From an uncultured Desulfohalobiaceae bacterium (lineage in GTDB: Bacteria; Desulfobacterota; Desulfovibrionia; Desulfovibrionales; Desulfothermaceae): a stretch of DNA of 64,000 nt. Below the pieces are notes generated by a model that was not told the DNA's origin, did not search any database, and saw only the letters and a list, made by a program, of their open reading frames with translations. This document shows positions 9,680 to 18,964 of the stretch, piece by piece. Both the position numbers and the translations under genes were made by a program. Within the stretch, counting starts at the first letter, position 1. Each line of letters begins with the position of its first letter. The stretch lies in the NCBI GenBank assembly GCA_964619345.1, contig CAZUER010000002.1, positions 15,011 through 79,010 on the forward strand, written 5' to 3'.

Positions 9680-10756
9680 ATGAAAAGAGCATTTCTCTTG
9701 CTTACTTGCGTCCTTCTCCTTCCGGGCGCGGGTTGGCTTGAGGCCAAAACAGTGGTCAGCGATGCCGCCGGCCGGAAGGTGGAGATACCGGACAGAGTCA
9801 CCCGTTTGGTCACCACCTTCAAGCCGGCCACTCTGATCGTTCTCAGCCTGAGGGCAGAAGATGCTTTGGTCGGAGTGGACAGTTCCTCCCGATATGATCC
9901 CTTAAGCCTGGCCGTGGCTCCGGAGCTGGCCCATTTGCCTGGTGTGGGGTCCAAATCCCAGGACATCAACCTGGAGACGATCATCAGCTTGGAGCCCGAC
10001 CTGGTCATTCTCTACTCCCAGAAGACCGGAATCCGACTGGCCGATAGATTGCAGGAGTCCGGCTGTCCGGCAGTGGTTATCGCCCCGGAAAGATTTGAAT
10101 CCATAGAAAAAACCTTGCGCATGCTGGCCCGGGCTCTGGAGCACGGGGTCCAGGCGGACCAGGTTATTCAGGCCATGCATCGAGTTCAGAATCTGGTTGC
10201 GGACCGGGTTCACGATCTCCAGGCAGCTGAACGAAAAACCGTGTACTATGCCGGACCGTCCGGATTTTTATCCACAGCCCCATCCGATATGCTCCAGGAT
10301 GTAATTATTCGAAGGGCTGGGGGAATCAATGCAGCCTCCAGCCTGCGCGGATATTTCAAGCAGGTATCCCCGGAACAGATCATGGCCTGGGCCCCGGACA
10401 GCATTGTCCTTTCCCGCATGATCCGCCCTCAGGCCAAGGAAATGCTGCAAAGGGAGCGTTTCTCCCTCCTCCCGGCTGTGCAAAACCAGGATATCCACGT
10501 CTTCCCTTCCACCCTGGCTCCCTGGGACTTTCCCTCTCCCTTGTCCGCCCTGGGAGTGTTGTGGCTGGGAACCAGGCTGTATCCCGAACGTTTTGCAGAC
10601 ATTTCTCTGAGTCAGAAAGTGGACGCCTTTCACCAGAGCTTGTTCGGTCAAAGCTTTACCCAAATAGGCGGTCATTTGGATGATGATCTGCCAGGCGAGC
10701 ATCCTGTGGGCCACACCCATCTTCCCAGTCAAGACCTTGGAGAACCCAATCCATGA
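9680..10756 (+). CDS. periplasmic binding protein of the FecB/FhuD/BtuF class (siderophore/haem/corrinoid type)
   Basis: Signal peptide followed by RLVTTFKPATLIVLSL, ETIISLEPDLVI and other cluster-A PBP patterns. It sits directly upstream of the FecCD permease. Confidence 0.8.
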   Translation: MKRAFLLLTCVLLLPGAGWLEAKTVVSDAAGRKVEIPDRVTRLVTTFKPATLIVLSLRAEDALVGVDSSSRYDPLSLAVAPELAHLPGVGSKSQDINLETIISLEPDLVILYSQKTGIRLADRLQESGCPAVVIAPERFESIEKTLRMLARALEHGVQADQVIQAMHRVQNLVADRVHDLQAAERKTVYYAGPSGFLSTAPSDMLQDVIIRRAGGINAASSLRGYFKQVSPEQIMAWAPDSIVLSRMIRPQAKEMLQRERFSLLPAVQNQDIHVFPSTLAPWDFPSPLSALGVLWLGTRLYPERFADISLSQKVDAFHQSLFGQSFTQIGGHLDDDLPGEHPVGHTHLPSQDLGEPNP

Positions 10757-11760
10757 CCCCAAAGGGGCAAAGGCTGGTCCTGGGAACCGGCCTGGCGGTG
10801 CTCTTTATTCTTTCCCTGTTCATCGGCCGTATGGAAATTACCCCGGCCGACATGCTGGGCTGGATCGGACAATGGCTCCAGGGCGGAAGTCTTGAACCGA
10901 ACTCCAAATCCTTGGTCTTCTTGGATATCCGTCTGCCTCGGAGCCTGACCGCAGTGCTGACTGGAACCGGATTGGCTATAGCCGGAGCAGTATACCAGGG
11001 CCTTTTTCGCAATCCTCTGGTCTCTCCGGATATTCTGGGTGTATCTGCCGGCTGTGCTTTTGGTGCTGCCCTGGGCCTTGTTTTGCCTGGAACCCAGTTC
11101 GGGGTTATCCGTTTCTTGGCATTTCTTTTTGGTCTGAGCGCTGTGGGTATGGCTGCCGGTATAGCCCGGACAGTAGCCGTACGGCCGGTACTGGTCCTCA
11201 TCCTGGCCGGCCTGGTAGTCACCTCTCTGTTCAATGCCTTGCTCATGATTCTGCAATATACTGCCGATCCTTACAGCCAGCTCCCGGCCATTGTTTTTTG
11301 GATCATGGGCAGCCTGCATCGGGCGGCCTGGAACGATGTCCAACTCATAGCTCCTGTGGTCCTGGCCGGTCTGGGAATCATTCACCTGCTCCGGTTTAAG
11401 CTTAACGTCCTCTCCCTGGGCGATGTACAGGCCACCTCTTTAGGGCTCAATCCTCGGCTGTACAGATTCATGTTCATCGCAATCAGCTCTTTGATGGTCG
11501 CGGTCACGGTCTCCGCTTGCGGCCAGATCGGATGGATCGGTCTGGTCATTCCCCATATGGCCCGGACCTGGGTGGGGCCGGATCATCGGGTCATGCTCCC
11601 GGTCACTGCAATCATGGGCGGCACATTTCTCCTGGGGGCTGATCTGGCCGCCCGCAGCCTGACCGCCGCTGAGCTGCCGGTAAGCATACTGACTTCTCTC
11701 ATCGGCGGCCCCATCTTTGCCTTCCTCTTATATCGCAACCGGGCCAGGGGGTGGCTGTGA
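10753..11760 (+). CDS. FecCD/BtuC-family ABC permease
   Basis: LDIRLPRSLTAVLTGTGLAIAGAVYQGLFRNPLVSPDILGVSAG and GGPIFAFLLY are typical FecCD motifs. Start and stop codons overlap the neighbouring genes. Confidence 0.9.
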   Translation: MTPKGQRLVLGTGLAVLFILSLFIGRMEITPADMLGWIGQWLQGGSLEPNSKSLVFLDIRLPRSLTAVLTGTGLAIAGAVYQGLFRNPLVSPDILGVSAGCAFGAALGLVLPGTQFGVIRFLAFLFGLSAVGMAAGIARTVAVRPVLVLILAGLVVTSLFNALLMILQYTADPYSQLPAIVFWIMGSLHRAAWNDVQLIAPVVLAGLGIIHLLRFKLNVLSLGDVQATSLGLNPRLYRFMFIAISSLMVAVTVSACGQIGWIGLVIPHMARTWVGPDHRVMLPVTAIMGGTFLLGADLAARSLTAAELPVSILTSLIGGPIFAFLLYRNRARGWL

Positions 11761-12539
11761 GCCTCATGTGCAGGGATATTTCCTATGCCTACAATGGGGC
11801 CCAGGTCCTGCAGGCTGTGAATCTGGAGGTGCCCCAAGGGTCCTTTTGCGCCCTTTTGGGCCGCAACGGTTCGGGAAAGACCACCCTCCTTCATTGTTTA
11901 TGCGGTATCCTGCGCCCGAGCCAGGGCCGGATCTTCGTTGACGGACAACCAGTGTCCACCAGGAACGGCCTGCAGCGGGCCAGGTGCATGAGCTTGGTGC
12001 CTCAGGAATCCGGCCAGATTTTTCCTTTTACTGTTTTCGACTTGGTTCTCATGGGCCGCAATCCATACCTCAGCCTGTATGGCCAGCCCGGTCCTGATGA
12101 CGAAGATTTGGCCTGGCAGGCTCTGAAGCTCCTGAATGCCGAACATCTGGCCCCACGGCGGGTGAATCAAATTTCCGGCGGGGAGCGTCAGCTGGCCATT
12201 GTGGCCCGGGCCCTGGCCCAACAGACCCCGGTCATGCTTCTGGACGAACCGAGCAACCATCTCGATTTTCACAACCAATACCGTCTCCTGTACCAGATCC
12301 GGAATCTATGCCGGGAGCGAAAACTGACAGTTTTGGCTTCCATGCATGACCCGAACACAGTGGCTGCGGTTGCCGACCAGGTTGTTCTTTTGGATGGGGG
12401 TAAAGCAATAGAGCAGGGGGCGGTAGAGGAAGTGTTGACCCAGGAGCGTCTTGGCCGCCTGTACGGTATGTCCATTGCGGAATCCCGGCTGAGCTCGGGT
12501 ATCAAGCACTTCATGCCCGGTCTGGAGCCTGAAGGATGA
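11751..12539 (+). CDS. ABC transporter ATP-binding protein (FecE/BtuD-like)
   Basis: GTG start overlaps the permease stop. Walker A GRNGSGKTT, signature ISGGERQ and Walker B MLLDEP are present. Confidence 0.9.
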   Translation: MAVSLMCRDISYAYNGAQVLQAVNLEVPQGSFCALLGRNGSGKTTLLHCLCGILRPSQGRIFVDGQPVSTRNGLQRARCMSLVPQESGQIFPFTVFDLVLMGRNPYLSLYGQPGPDDEDLAWQALKLLNAEHLAPRRVNQISGGERQLAIVARALAQQTPVMLLDEPSNHLDFHNQYRLLYQIRNLCRERKLTVLASMHDPNTVAAVADQVVLLDGGKAIEQGAVEEVLTQERLGRLYGMSIAESRLSSGIKHFMPGLEPEG

Positions 12540-13072
12540 TCTTTGTGACCGGAGAAAAGCATGCGGGTAAGACCGGTTTGGTTCTGGAGCTTGTGCATCA
12601 GGCCAGGACCAAGGGCCTGCATGTGGCCGGCATTGTCTGCCCCGGATTATGGTCCGAGGGCCGTCGGGCCGGATTTGACCTTTTGGAAGTGGATACAGGT
12701 CGAAGCTATGTCCTTTCCAGACGAATCCAGGGACTGCGACCCGTACCTTACATGTTTGACGCAGAAGGTGTGCGCAAGGGCAAAGAGGCCTTGTCGGTCG
12801 ACAGATGCCGGAATGCAGACCTGGTCATTGTGGACGAGGTGGGACCCCTGGAGTTGAAGGGTGGCGGTTGGGCCCAGGTATTACCCGGTCTTTTGTCTTT
12901 GTCCAGGCCGGTTCATATCTGGGTGGTCCGCCGATCTCTGATCCAGGCAGTCCAGGACACCTTCCAGGTCCGGGCCCAGGTGTTTGAACTTGAAAGCGCG
13001 CACAGCTTGGACCAGGTGTTGGAGAAAATCTTCACTCCAAGACTCGTTCAGTATGACAAAACTTACCTGTAA
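12536..13072 (+). CDS. small P-loop NTPase (THEP1/DUF2478-like)
   Basis: Walker A GEKHAGKT and Walker B-like LVIVDEVGPLELKG in a 178-aa protein. Its ATG overlaps the ATPase stop. The last roughly 12 codons are covered by repeat family D. Confidence 0.6.
   Translation: MIFVTGEKHAGKTGLVLELVHQARTKGLHVAGIVCPGLWSEGRRAGFDLLEVDTGRSYVLSRRIQGLRPVPYMFDAEGVRKGKEALSVDRCRNADLVIVDEVGPLELKGGGWAQVLPGLLSLSRPVHIWVVRRSLIQAVQDTFQVRAQVFELESAHSLDQVLEKIFTPRLVQYDKTYL
13029..13060 (+). repeat. family-D 32-nt repeat, copy 1
   Basis: TCTTCACTCCAAGACTCGTTCAGTATGACAAA matches 26388-26419 at 29 of 32 positions. Confidence 0.6.
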
Positions 13073-13079
13073 TCTTGAC

Positions 13080-13847
13080 ATGCCATACCTTTCAAGTCTC
13101 TTTGCAATGAACGGTGTACTTATCAATGTTTTGCCTGTCCTGGCCTTTTTTGCCCATCTGCTGGCCTTTCTGACTCATATGCTGGGACGAATGCGACTTG
13201 GGCGGAGGTTGACCGGTCTGGGCTTTATCCTGCTGGCCTGTACAGCCATGATCAATTGGTCCCTTGTGCACCGTCTTCCGGTCTACAGCCAGTACGAGAC
13301 ATGCGTGCATACGGCCCTGGTCCTGGCCGCCTGTCTGGTTGGGCTGAGTCTCAGGAATCCGGGACACGAAGTGCTGACCTGGGGAAATGGGATCCTGGCC
13401 CTCCTTCTGGGACTGGCCATGCCCGTTTTAGGGATCTTTCATCATGACTTCTATATGTATCAGGTCTGGCCGGTCCAGCTGTTCTTTGGACTCCGTCTGA
13501 CCGCCGGGGGCATCTTGCTCATTGCCTTTCTCCTTTTTGCCTCTGTTTGGGCCCAGCCATTGAAAAGCGGCACCCACAACGGATCGGACGCCCTGCGCAT
13601 GGCCAAAATCAGCCTCATCCTGGCCGGCTTGGTTTTTCTGGGTTCTGAGCTTTCCGGTTCGTATTGGTCCTTGCTGGGCTGGGGAGATACCTGGCACTGG
13701 AGCAGCAACTTCTTTCAATCAGCGGCCATGTTTATGCTTCTCATGCTGCCCTTGCATATTCCCCAGGGATGGAAAAGCGTCTCATTCAAAGCAGGAACCG
13801 GCAGCTTGTGCTCCTTGACTGCCGCTTTGGCTATCATGCTCCCTTAA
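13080..13847 (+). CDS. CcsA/CcmC-family (cytochrome c assembly, haem-handling) membrane protein, divergent
   Basis: Polytopic membrane protein. SGSYWSLLGWGDTWHWSS...LPLH follows the skeleton of the Trp-rich WGxxWxWD motif plus the downstream His, but the canonical WDPKE part is degenerate. The start is uncertain (13053 or 13080). Confidence 0.55.
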   Translation: MPYLSSLFAMNGVLINVLPVLAFFAHLLAFLTHMLGRMRLGRRLTGLGFILLACTAMINWSLVHRLPVYSQYETCVHTALVLAACLVGLSLRNPGHEVLTWGNGILALLLGLAMPVLGIFHHDFYMYQVWPVQLFFGLRLTAGGILLIAFLLFASVWAQPLKSGTHNGSDALRMAKISLILAGLVFLGSELSGSYWSLLGWGDTWHWSSNFFQSAAMFMLLMLPLHIPQGWKSVSFKAGTGSLCSLTAALAIMLP

Positions 13848-13888
13848 AAACTTTCACCTTTTGTTTCAAACAAAAGGTGAAAGTTTTT
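13846..13888 (+). terminator. perfect 21-bp-arm hairpin with a T-run, overlapping the CcsA-like stop codon
   Basis: AAAAACTTTCACCTTTTGTTT-C-AAACAAAAGGTGAAAGTTTTT. The 3' arm ends in TTTTT. Confidence 0.5.
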
Positions 13889-13936
13889 AAAATAAATGAT
13901 TTGTAGGATCACAGGAATATATTGGTATTTGATATC

Positions 13937-14764
13937 ATGTTTGTCTTCAAGCGGTTCAGTTCTCTGGAGCTGACCTGGTGGCTGCTTGTCAGTCTTGTTA
14001 TGTGGTTTGTTTTGGGCAGCTTGGCTGCCTCTTGGCCCACTTTCCAGGACGGACTGTCCGGAATGAACGCCTTGCTGGTCTATGACTGGCTGAGAAGCAG
14101 AGGAATCGGATATCCCTGGGTTTTGCTGTGGCTGGGAGCTTTGGTTTTTCTGGCCGCAATTCTGGGTGTGAATCTTGCTGCCTGCCTCTGGAAGCGGATC
14201 CAGAACAGGCATAAAGCCCAAGGGCTTCGCTTGTGGATCTTTATTGCCATGCATATCCTTTTCGGTCTGGTCATGATCGTGCATGGGCTGGAAACGATGA
14301 TTGGAGAAAAATATCCGAAACAAACGGTCCAGGCTGGAGACGTTGTGCTCTTGAGTTCAGGCTGGAAGGTGCACATCAAGAAGGTCATCTATGTCGACGA
14401 CCCCCAGATGCTCCGGCTGGATAAGCTGGAGGCCAGGAGGGCCATGACCAGGGACAGCTTTGACCTGAAGGCAAACAGAGTGGACATTGCTTTATCTCAC
14501 CAGGGCCAAGTGGTTGAAAGAGGCCATGTCCGAATGCTTCAGCCCCTTCACCATGCCGGATTTCATATCGTCCTGCGCGGCTTTGCATATAGCTCTCAGG
14601 GAGTTGAAGCTCGGATAAAAGTGGTCAGCAGTCCATTCCACACCGCATTCTTCATAGTATATGCTTTTTTCATAACCAGCCTGGTGATCTGGTTGGTGCT
14701 TCTCGTTTTGACATTACATACAAAGACAAGTAATCAGTCCTTTGTGTGCATACAAAGACAATAA
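13937..14764 (+). CDS. short ResB/Ccs1-like membrane protein
   Basis: The N-terminus FKRFSSLELTWWLLVSLVMWFVLGSL resembles the ResB opening. The topology is TM - TM - TM - about 110-aa soluble loop - TM. At about 275 aa it is far shorter than the canonical ResB. Confidence 0.5.
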   Translation: MFVFKRFSSLELTWWLLVSLVMWFVLGSLAASWPTFQDGLSGMNALLVYDWLRSRGIGYPWVLLWLGALVFLAAILGVNLAACLWKRIQNRHKAQGLRLWIFIAMHILFGLVMIVHGLETMIGEKYPKQTVQAGDVVLLSSGWKVHIKKVIYVDDPQMLRLDKLEARRAMTRDSFDLKANRVDIALSHQGQVVERGHVRMLQPLHHAGFHIVLRGFAYSSQGVEARIKVVSSPFHTAFFIVYAFFITSLVIWLVLLVLTLHTKTSNQSFVCIQRQ

Positions 14765-14790
14765 ACGTGTTACGAAGGGCAATAAAAACC

Positions 14791-16071
14791 ATGCGCATTG
14801 TATGCAAAGCGTGGCTTGTATTCCTGGTATGTTGTGGGCTGTGTTCCCTGTGGGCCGTTCATGGCCTGGGGGCTGATTTTCAGACCCTCAAGGAACACCG
14901 TCTGGCCTATGATGCACATCAGAAACTGGAAAAAGAGGAATATCAGGAGTGTATCCAGATTCTCACGCCCTACATATTTGAACATGAGCGGCCGGCGTCC
15001 TCCGTATTTGTGCTGTATGCCCAGGCCCAAAGCGGGCTGGGACAGGTAAAGGCGGCCCTGGATATCTATTCCCGGGCGGCCGGACTCTATCCGGAGAACG
15101 TCATTATCCTCCGCAATTATGCCGTTACCAGCCGGCGAGCGGGACTCCTGTCTCAGGCTGCCCGTCTTTTTGAGCGGGCATCGGCCCAGGGCGGCCCCCA
15201 AGAGCTTTTGTATCAAGCCGGGGCTGCCTGGTATGAGGCCAAGGAATATGCCAGAGCAGGGCAGGTTATGCTCAGTCTATTGTCTGCAACCAAAAAAACG
15301 AAAAGCGAATGGGTGAAGCTTCTGGTCTATTCCCTGGTCCAGGATGGGAAATGGAAGCAGGCTGCAGATCATGTGCAGGGCCTGATCAGAAGACGACCGA
15401 ACGATTCCACGTTCTGGAAACTCCTGGCCCATATCCGCTCCCGGCAGAACGATGTGTTGGGGACCGCGTCAGCCCTGGAACTGGCCTATCACTTGACTCA
15501 GCCGGGGAAAAAGAAATGGAGGGATCTGGCCTCCATGTATGCTACGGCCGGAGTGCCTCTGATGGCGGTGAAGGCCATGCACAAAGGCTTAACGGATAAT
15601 CCGGAGCCGGAGCACTGCTGGCGCATGGGTCGGTTCTATGCACAGGCCTTGCGTATCGATCGGGCTGTGGAGTGGATGAACCGGGCCCTGAGCGGAAAAG
15701 ACAATCCGAGTTGGCATCTGGACAAAGCCAATCTGCTCTATACCCATGAAAGGTATGCCCGGTGCAGGGAGGCGGCCATTGAGGCTGCTGGATCAAGTTC
15801 TCAACTGCGGGGGCGGGCCTGGCTCCTGGCCGGGTATGCGGCCTGGCAGGAGCAGGATTGGCGTGGAGCGAAGGAGGCCTTTTCCCGGGCCCGGAAAGTC
15901 GAGGAAACCGCTGCCCAGGCCTCTGCATGCCTGCAAACAGTCGAACGGATTCTGGAGTCTGAGCGGAAGGTGCGCCTGGCCGGAGACCATACCGGCCTGT
16001 CCAGGACCGACTCGACTGCAGCCAAGGGTTTCATTATCCACTCAAATCATACTACTGCGCAACATTCCTAG
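14791..16071 (+). CDS. TPR-repeat protein with signal peptide
   Basis: I place the start at ATG 14791 (MRIVCKAWLVFLVCCGLCSLWA). It has repeated A/Y/L-rich 34-aa helical units. It occupies the position taken by the TPR protein in TonB2-type clusters. Confidence 0.7.
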   Translation: MRIVCKAWLVFLVCCGLCSLWAVHGLGADFQTLKEHRLAYDAHQKLEKEEYQECIQILTPYIFEHERPASSVFVLYAQAQSGLGQVKAALDIYSRAAGLYPENVIILRNYAVTSRRAGLLSQAARLFERASAQGGPQELLYQAGAAWYEAKEYARAGQVMLSLLSATKKTKSEWVKLLVYSLVQDGKWKQAADHVQGLIRRRPNDSTFWKLLAHIRSRQNDVLGTASALELAYHLTQPGKKKWRDLASMYATAGVPLMAVKAMHKGLTDNPEPEHCWRMGRFYAQALRIDRAVEWMNRALSGKDNPSWHLDKANLLYTHERYARCREAAIEAAGSSSQLRGRAWLLAGYAAWQEQDWRGAKEAFSRARKVEETAAQASACLQTVERILESERKVRLAGDHTGLSRTDSTAAKGFIIHSNHTTAQHS

Positions 16072-16080
16072 GTGTATGCA

Positions 16081-16860
16081 ATGAAGTTCATGAACATATT
16101 CGTGCTCATATTCGGGACCTTGGTTGTCTGTTGGACAATGAGCCTTTTCGCCGCCCTGCATGCCCAGGACATGGATGAACCCATGCGGGAGGCTTTAAAA
16201 AAGCAGCAAGCGGTGCAGGAAGAGGTCCAGACCTGGAGTAAAGAAAAGCGGGCCCTGGTCCAGGAGATTTTGTCTTTGCAGACGGAAAAGAAATGGCTGC
16301 AGCTGCAAAATGAGCAGCACGCCGCCTATATACAGCAGAAAGAGGAGGCCATTGCCCGGTTGAAGGAGCAGGAAGAGGTGGCCAAGAGCCTGCGGATGGA
16401 ATTGGAGCCGTATCTGGCTGAAGTGGTCCAGAGGCTTCAGGAAGAAGTTACGGACGACCTCCCTTTTCTGCCCCAGGAACGTGAAGACAGGCTGAAGTTC
16501 ATGGAGCAGTCTTTGACCGAGTATGGGGTCACTCTGAGTGAACGGTTGCGCCGGGTTTTAGAAGCCCTGAGTGTAGAGGCCGGATATGGAAGCCGGATCG
16601 AAGTGACGGAGCGGGAGCTGGATGGGCAAAAGACGAAAATCCGGGCTCAGTTGGTGCGTATCGGACGGGTAGGTCTCTTTTATGTCTCTCAGGACGGGAA
16701 TACAGCCGGTATGTGGGATGAACAGAGCCAGGGTTGGAAGTCCCTGTCCCTGGAAACAGCCAGAGAACTGCAGAAAGCCGTGGACATCGTCCAGGAGCGG
16801 CGAGTGGCTGAACTGGTGACTCTCCCCCTGGGGAAGCCTGAAGAGTACAATGAGCAGTAA
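16081..16860 (+). CDS. DUF3450-like periplasmic coiled-coil protein (TonB-system accessory)
   Basis: Signal peptide, then a long coiled coil, then ...RIGRVGLFYVSQDG...WD. The composition and the position directly upstream of a long MotA/ExbB protein are typical of DUF3450. Confidence 0.65.
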   Translation: MKFMNIFVLIFGTLVVCWTMSLFAALHAQDMDEPMREALKKQQAVQEEVQTWSKEKRALVQEILSLQTEKKWLQLQNEQHAAYIQQKEEAIARLKEQEEVAKSLRMELEPYLAEVVQRLQEEVTDDLPFLPQEREDRLKFMEQSLTEYGVTLSERLRRVLEALSVEAGYGSRIEVTERELDGQKTKIRAQLVRIGRVGLFYVSQDGNTAGMWDEQSQGWKSLSLETARELQKAVDIVQERRVAELVTLPLGKPEEYNEQ

Positions 16861-18325
16861 AAACAGGACCCAAGGCATGTTGCATATTCTTTTGACTCTT
16901 TTTTTGCTTTTGCCCCTGGGATCCCCGGCTGGGGCCGAAAAGCCGAGCCCTTCTGAAGTACGACAGACTATTCGGGAACGCACTGCAGACATCGACCAGG
17001 ATGCCTCTGCAACCCAGACCTTGTTGCAGAAGGACAAAAACCAACTGCAGTCCAGGCTTGAGGAGCTGAAGGAATCGGTTTCCGGCTTCAAAGCAAACCT
17101 CAAAGATAAAAAAAATAGTTTACGATCTTTGCAAGAAAACGAAGGTGCTTTGAAGGGAAAATTGCAGGCTGAAAGGGAAGAGGTGGAAGAGGTCCAGGGC
17201 AGCCTGGTGTCTGCGGCCAAAAACCTGCATCAACTCCTGCAAAGAACACCTTTGGGACCCTTGCTGCCTGAATACAGGCAGCAATTAATCAAGGTAGCCA
17301 ACCGCCAGGAACTGCCCCGAATGAATGAAATACGCTCTGTAGTGAATTGCAGCTTTGCGATTATGGACCGGTCTCGGCGGATTGAGCGTTTTCATGGCCC
17401 GTACATTGATACAGGGGGCAGAGAACATAAAGGAACCTTGGTTCGAATCGGTGGCTTGGCAGCTCTCTACCATTCAGAACAGGGGACTGGATACCTGCAA
17501 CCCGGCCCTCAAGGCCGGGAGTTCAGGGCAGCGGGCGGGAACCTGTCCTGGCTGGTCAAAAGAGATCTGCGCGCCTTTATGTCTGGCGAGAGTGAGACAG
17601 TGCCCCTAGATATCAGCAAGGGGTCTGCCTTTACCCACATGTCCAGGGAGCAAACCTGGGGAGAGTGGGTCCGGGCCGGGGGATTTTTAGTCTGGCCCTT
17701 GTTCGGGATAGCCGCTTTGGCCCTGATTCTGGTTCTGGAACGAATGGTTTTCATGCTCCGCATCCGTGCCAACTCCGATCAGCTCATGGACCGGATAACC
17801 CAGTTGGCAGAGAAAAGTGATTGGCAGCAGTGCCGGGAGGTATGTGCCGCAAACAGGCGTTCCCCCTTGTGCCGGGTCCTGGGCAAGGCCTTGAATCATG
17901 TGGGCCAAAGCCGGCAAGTGGTGGAAAATGCCTTGCAGGAAGGTGTTTTGAGCCAGATGCCGCGGCTGGAACGTTTTTTACCTACCTTAAACGTTCTGGC
18001 AGCCATAGCTCCTTTGATCGGCTTGTTGGGTACTGTGACCGGAATGATCTCAACCTTTCAAGCTATTACTGTCTTTGGGACCGGAGAGCCCAAGGTCATG
18101 GCTGGAGGGATTTCCGAAGCCTTGATCACCACTCAGATCGGGTTGGGAGTGGCCGTACCCATCATGTTTCTGCACCATCTCCTGGACCGACGGGTGGACA
18201 AGATCATTGCAGATATGGAGGAAAAAGGGGCGGCCTTCTCCTTGATGGTGTTAAGCAAACAAGGACATGAAGGCAGAGAAGCAAATACTATTTTGCCCGC
18301 GGGACACAAGGGACACACTCAATGA
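16850..18325 (+). CDS. MotA/TolQ/ExbB proton-channel protein with a long N-terminal coiled-coil extension (TtpC-like)
   Basis: The C-terminal third carries the ExbB signature LAAIAPLIGLLGTVTGMISTF...GISEALITTQIGL. The N-terminal roughly 270 aa is coiled-coil or periplasmic. Confidence 0.85.
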   Translation: MSSKNRTQGMLHILLTLFLLLPLGSPAGAEKPSPSEVRQTIRERTADIDQDASATQTLLQKDKNQLQSRLEELKESVSGFKANLKDKKNSLRSLQENEGALKGKLQAEREEVEEVQGSLVSAAKNLHQLLQRTPLGPLLPEYRQQLIKVANRQELPRMNEIRSVVNCSFAIMDRSRRIERFHGPYIDTGGREHKGTLVRIGGLAALYHSEQGTGYLQPGPQGREFRAAGGNLSWLVKRDLRAFMSGESETVPLDISKGSAFTHMSREQTWGEWVRAGGFLVWPLFGIAALALILVLERMVFMLRIRANSDQLMDRITQLAEKSDWQQCREVCAANRRSPLCRVLGKALNHVGQSRQVVENALQEGVLSQMPRLERFLPTLNVLAAIAPLIGLLGTVTGMISTFQAITVFGTGEPKVMAGGISEALITTQIGLGVAVPIMFLHHLLDRRVDKIIADMEEKGAAFSLMVLSKQGHEGREANTILPAGHKGHTQ

Positions 18326-18349
18326 TGGGAACGGGTACAAAACGGTTGT

Positions 18350-18961
18350 ATGTTTGAAAACCTGCTCCTCCAGACCTGGTCCTTTTTGGATAGCGGCGGG
18401 GGCGTGATGTGGCCTCTGCTGGCCATTTCCGTATGGATGTGGTGGCTTATTTTGCTCAAGGTCCTGGACTTTATGGCCTGGAGAGGACAGGAGCGGTCGG
18501 TGCAGGAGTTGCTGGCATCTGAGAATGCTGAACTGGGGGCACCGTGGCAGCAAAATATTGTATTTCTGGCCTGGAATCTGGACAGAGATGGGGACAATTT
18601 TGACGAACAGGAATTGGTGGACCGGCTCACCCGGCCGACAGCCAGGAAGATAGAAAAGCATATAGAGACCATATTGGTCCTGTCTAAGGCCGCACCCCTG
18701 CTTGGGCTTCTGGGTACAGTCTGCGGGATGATTTCCACCTTTGAGGTCATTTCCGTTTTCGGGACTGGAGAGGCCAAATCCCTGGCCGGAGGGATATCCG
18801 AGGCCTTGATCACCACTCAGACCGGCTTGTTGGTGGCTGTTCCCGGGCTGGTTATGGGCAGTCTGCTGCAGAAAAGGGCGGAGGTGATCAAGGCCCGGAT
18901 GCAGCGTTTCTGTCTGGCCTTTTTGCGGTCCTGGCAGCAGGGAAAAAGGCATACGGAATAG
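18350..18961 (+). CDS. exbB: ExbB/TolQ-family proton channel
   Basis: GGGVMWPLLAISVWMWWLIL and APLLGLLGTVCGMISTF...GISEALITTQTGL. Confidence 0.85.
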   Translation: MFENLLLQTWSFLDSGGGVMWPLLAISVWMWWLILLKVLDFMAWRGQERSVQELLASENAELGAPWQQNIVFLAWNLDRDGDNFDEQELVDRLTRPTARKIEKHIETILVLSKAAPLLGLLGTVCGMISTFEVISVFGTGEAKSLAGGISEALITTQTGLLVAVPGLVMGSLLQKRAEVIKARMQRFCLAFLRSWQQGKRHTE

Positions 18962-18964
18962 AAC

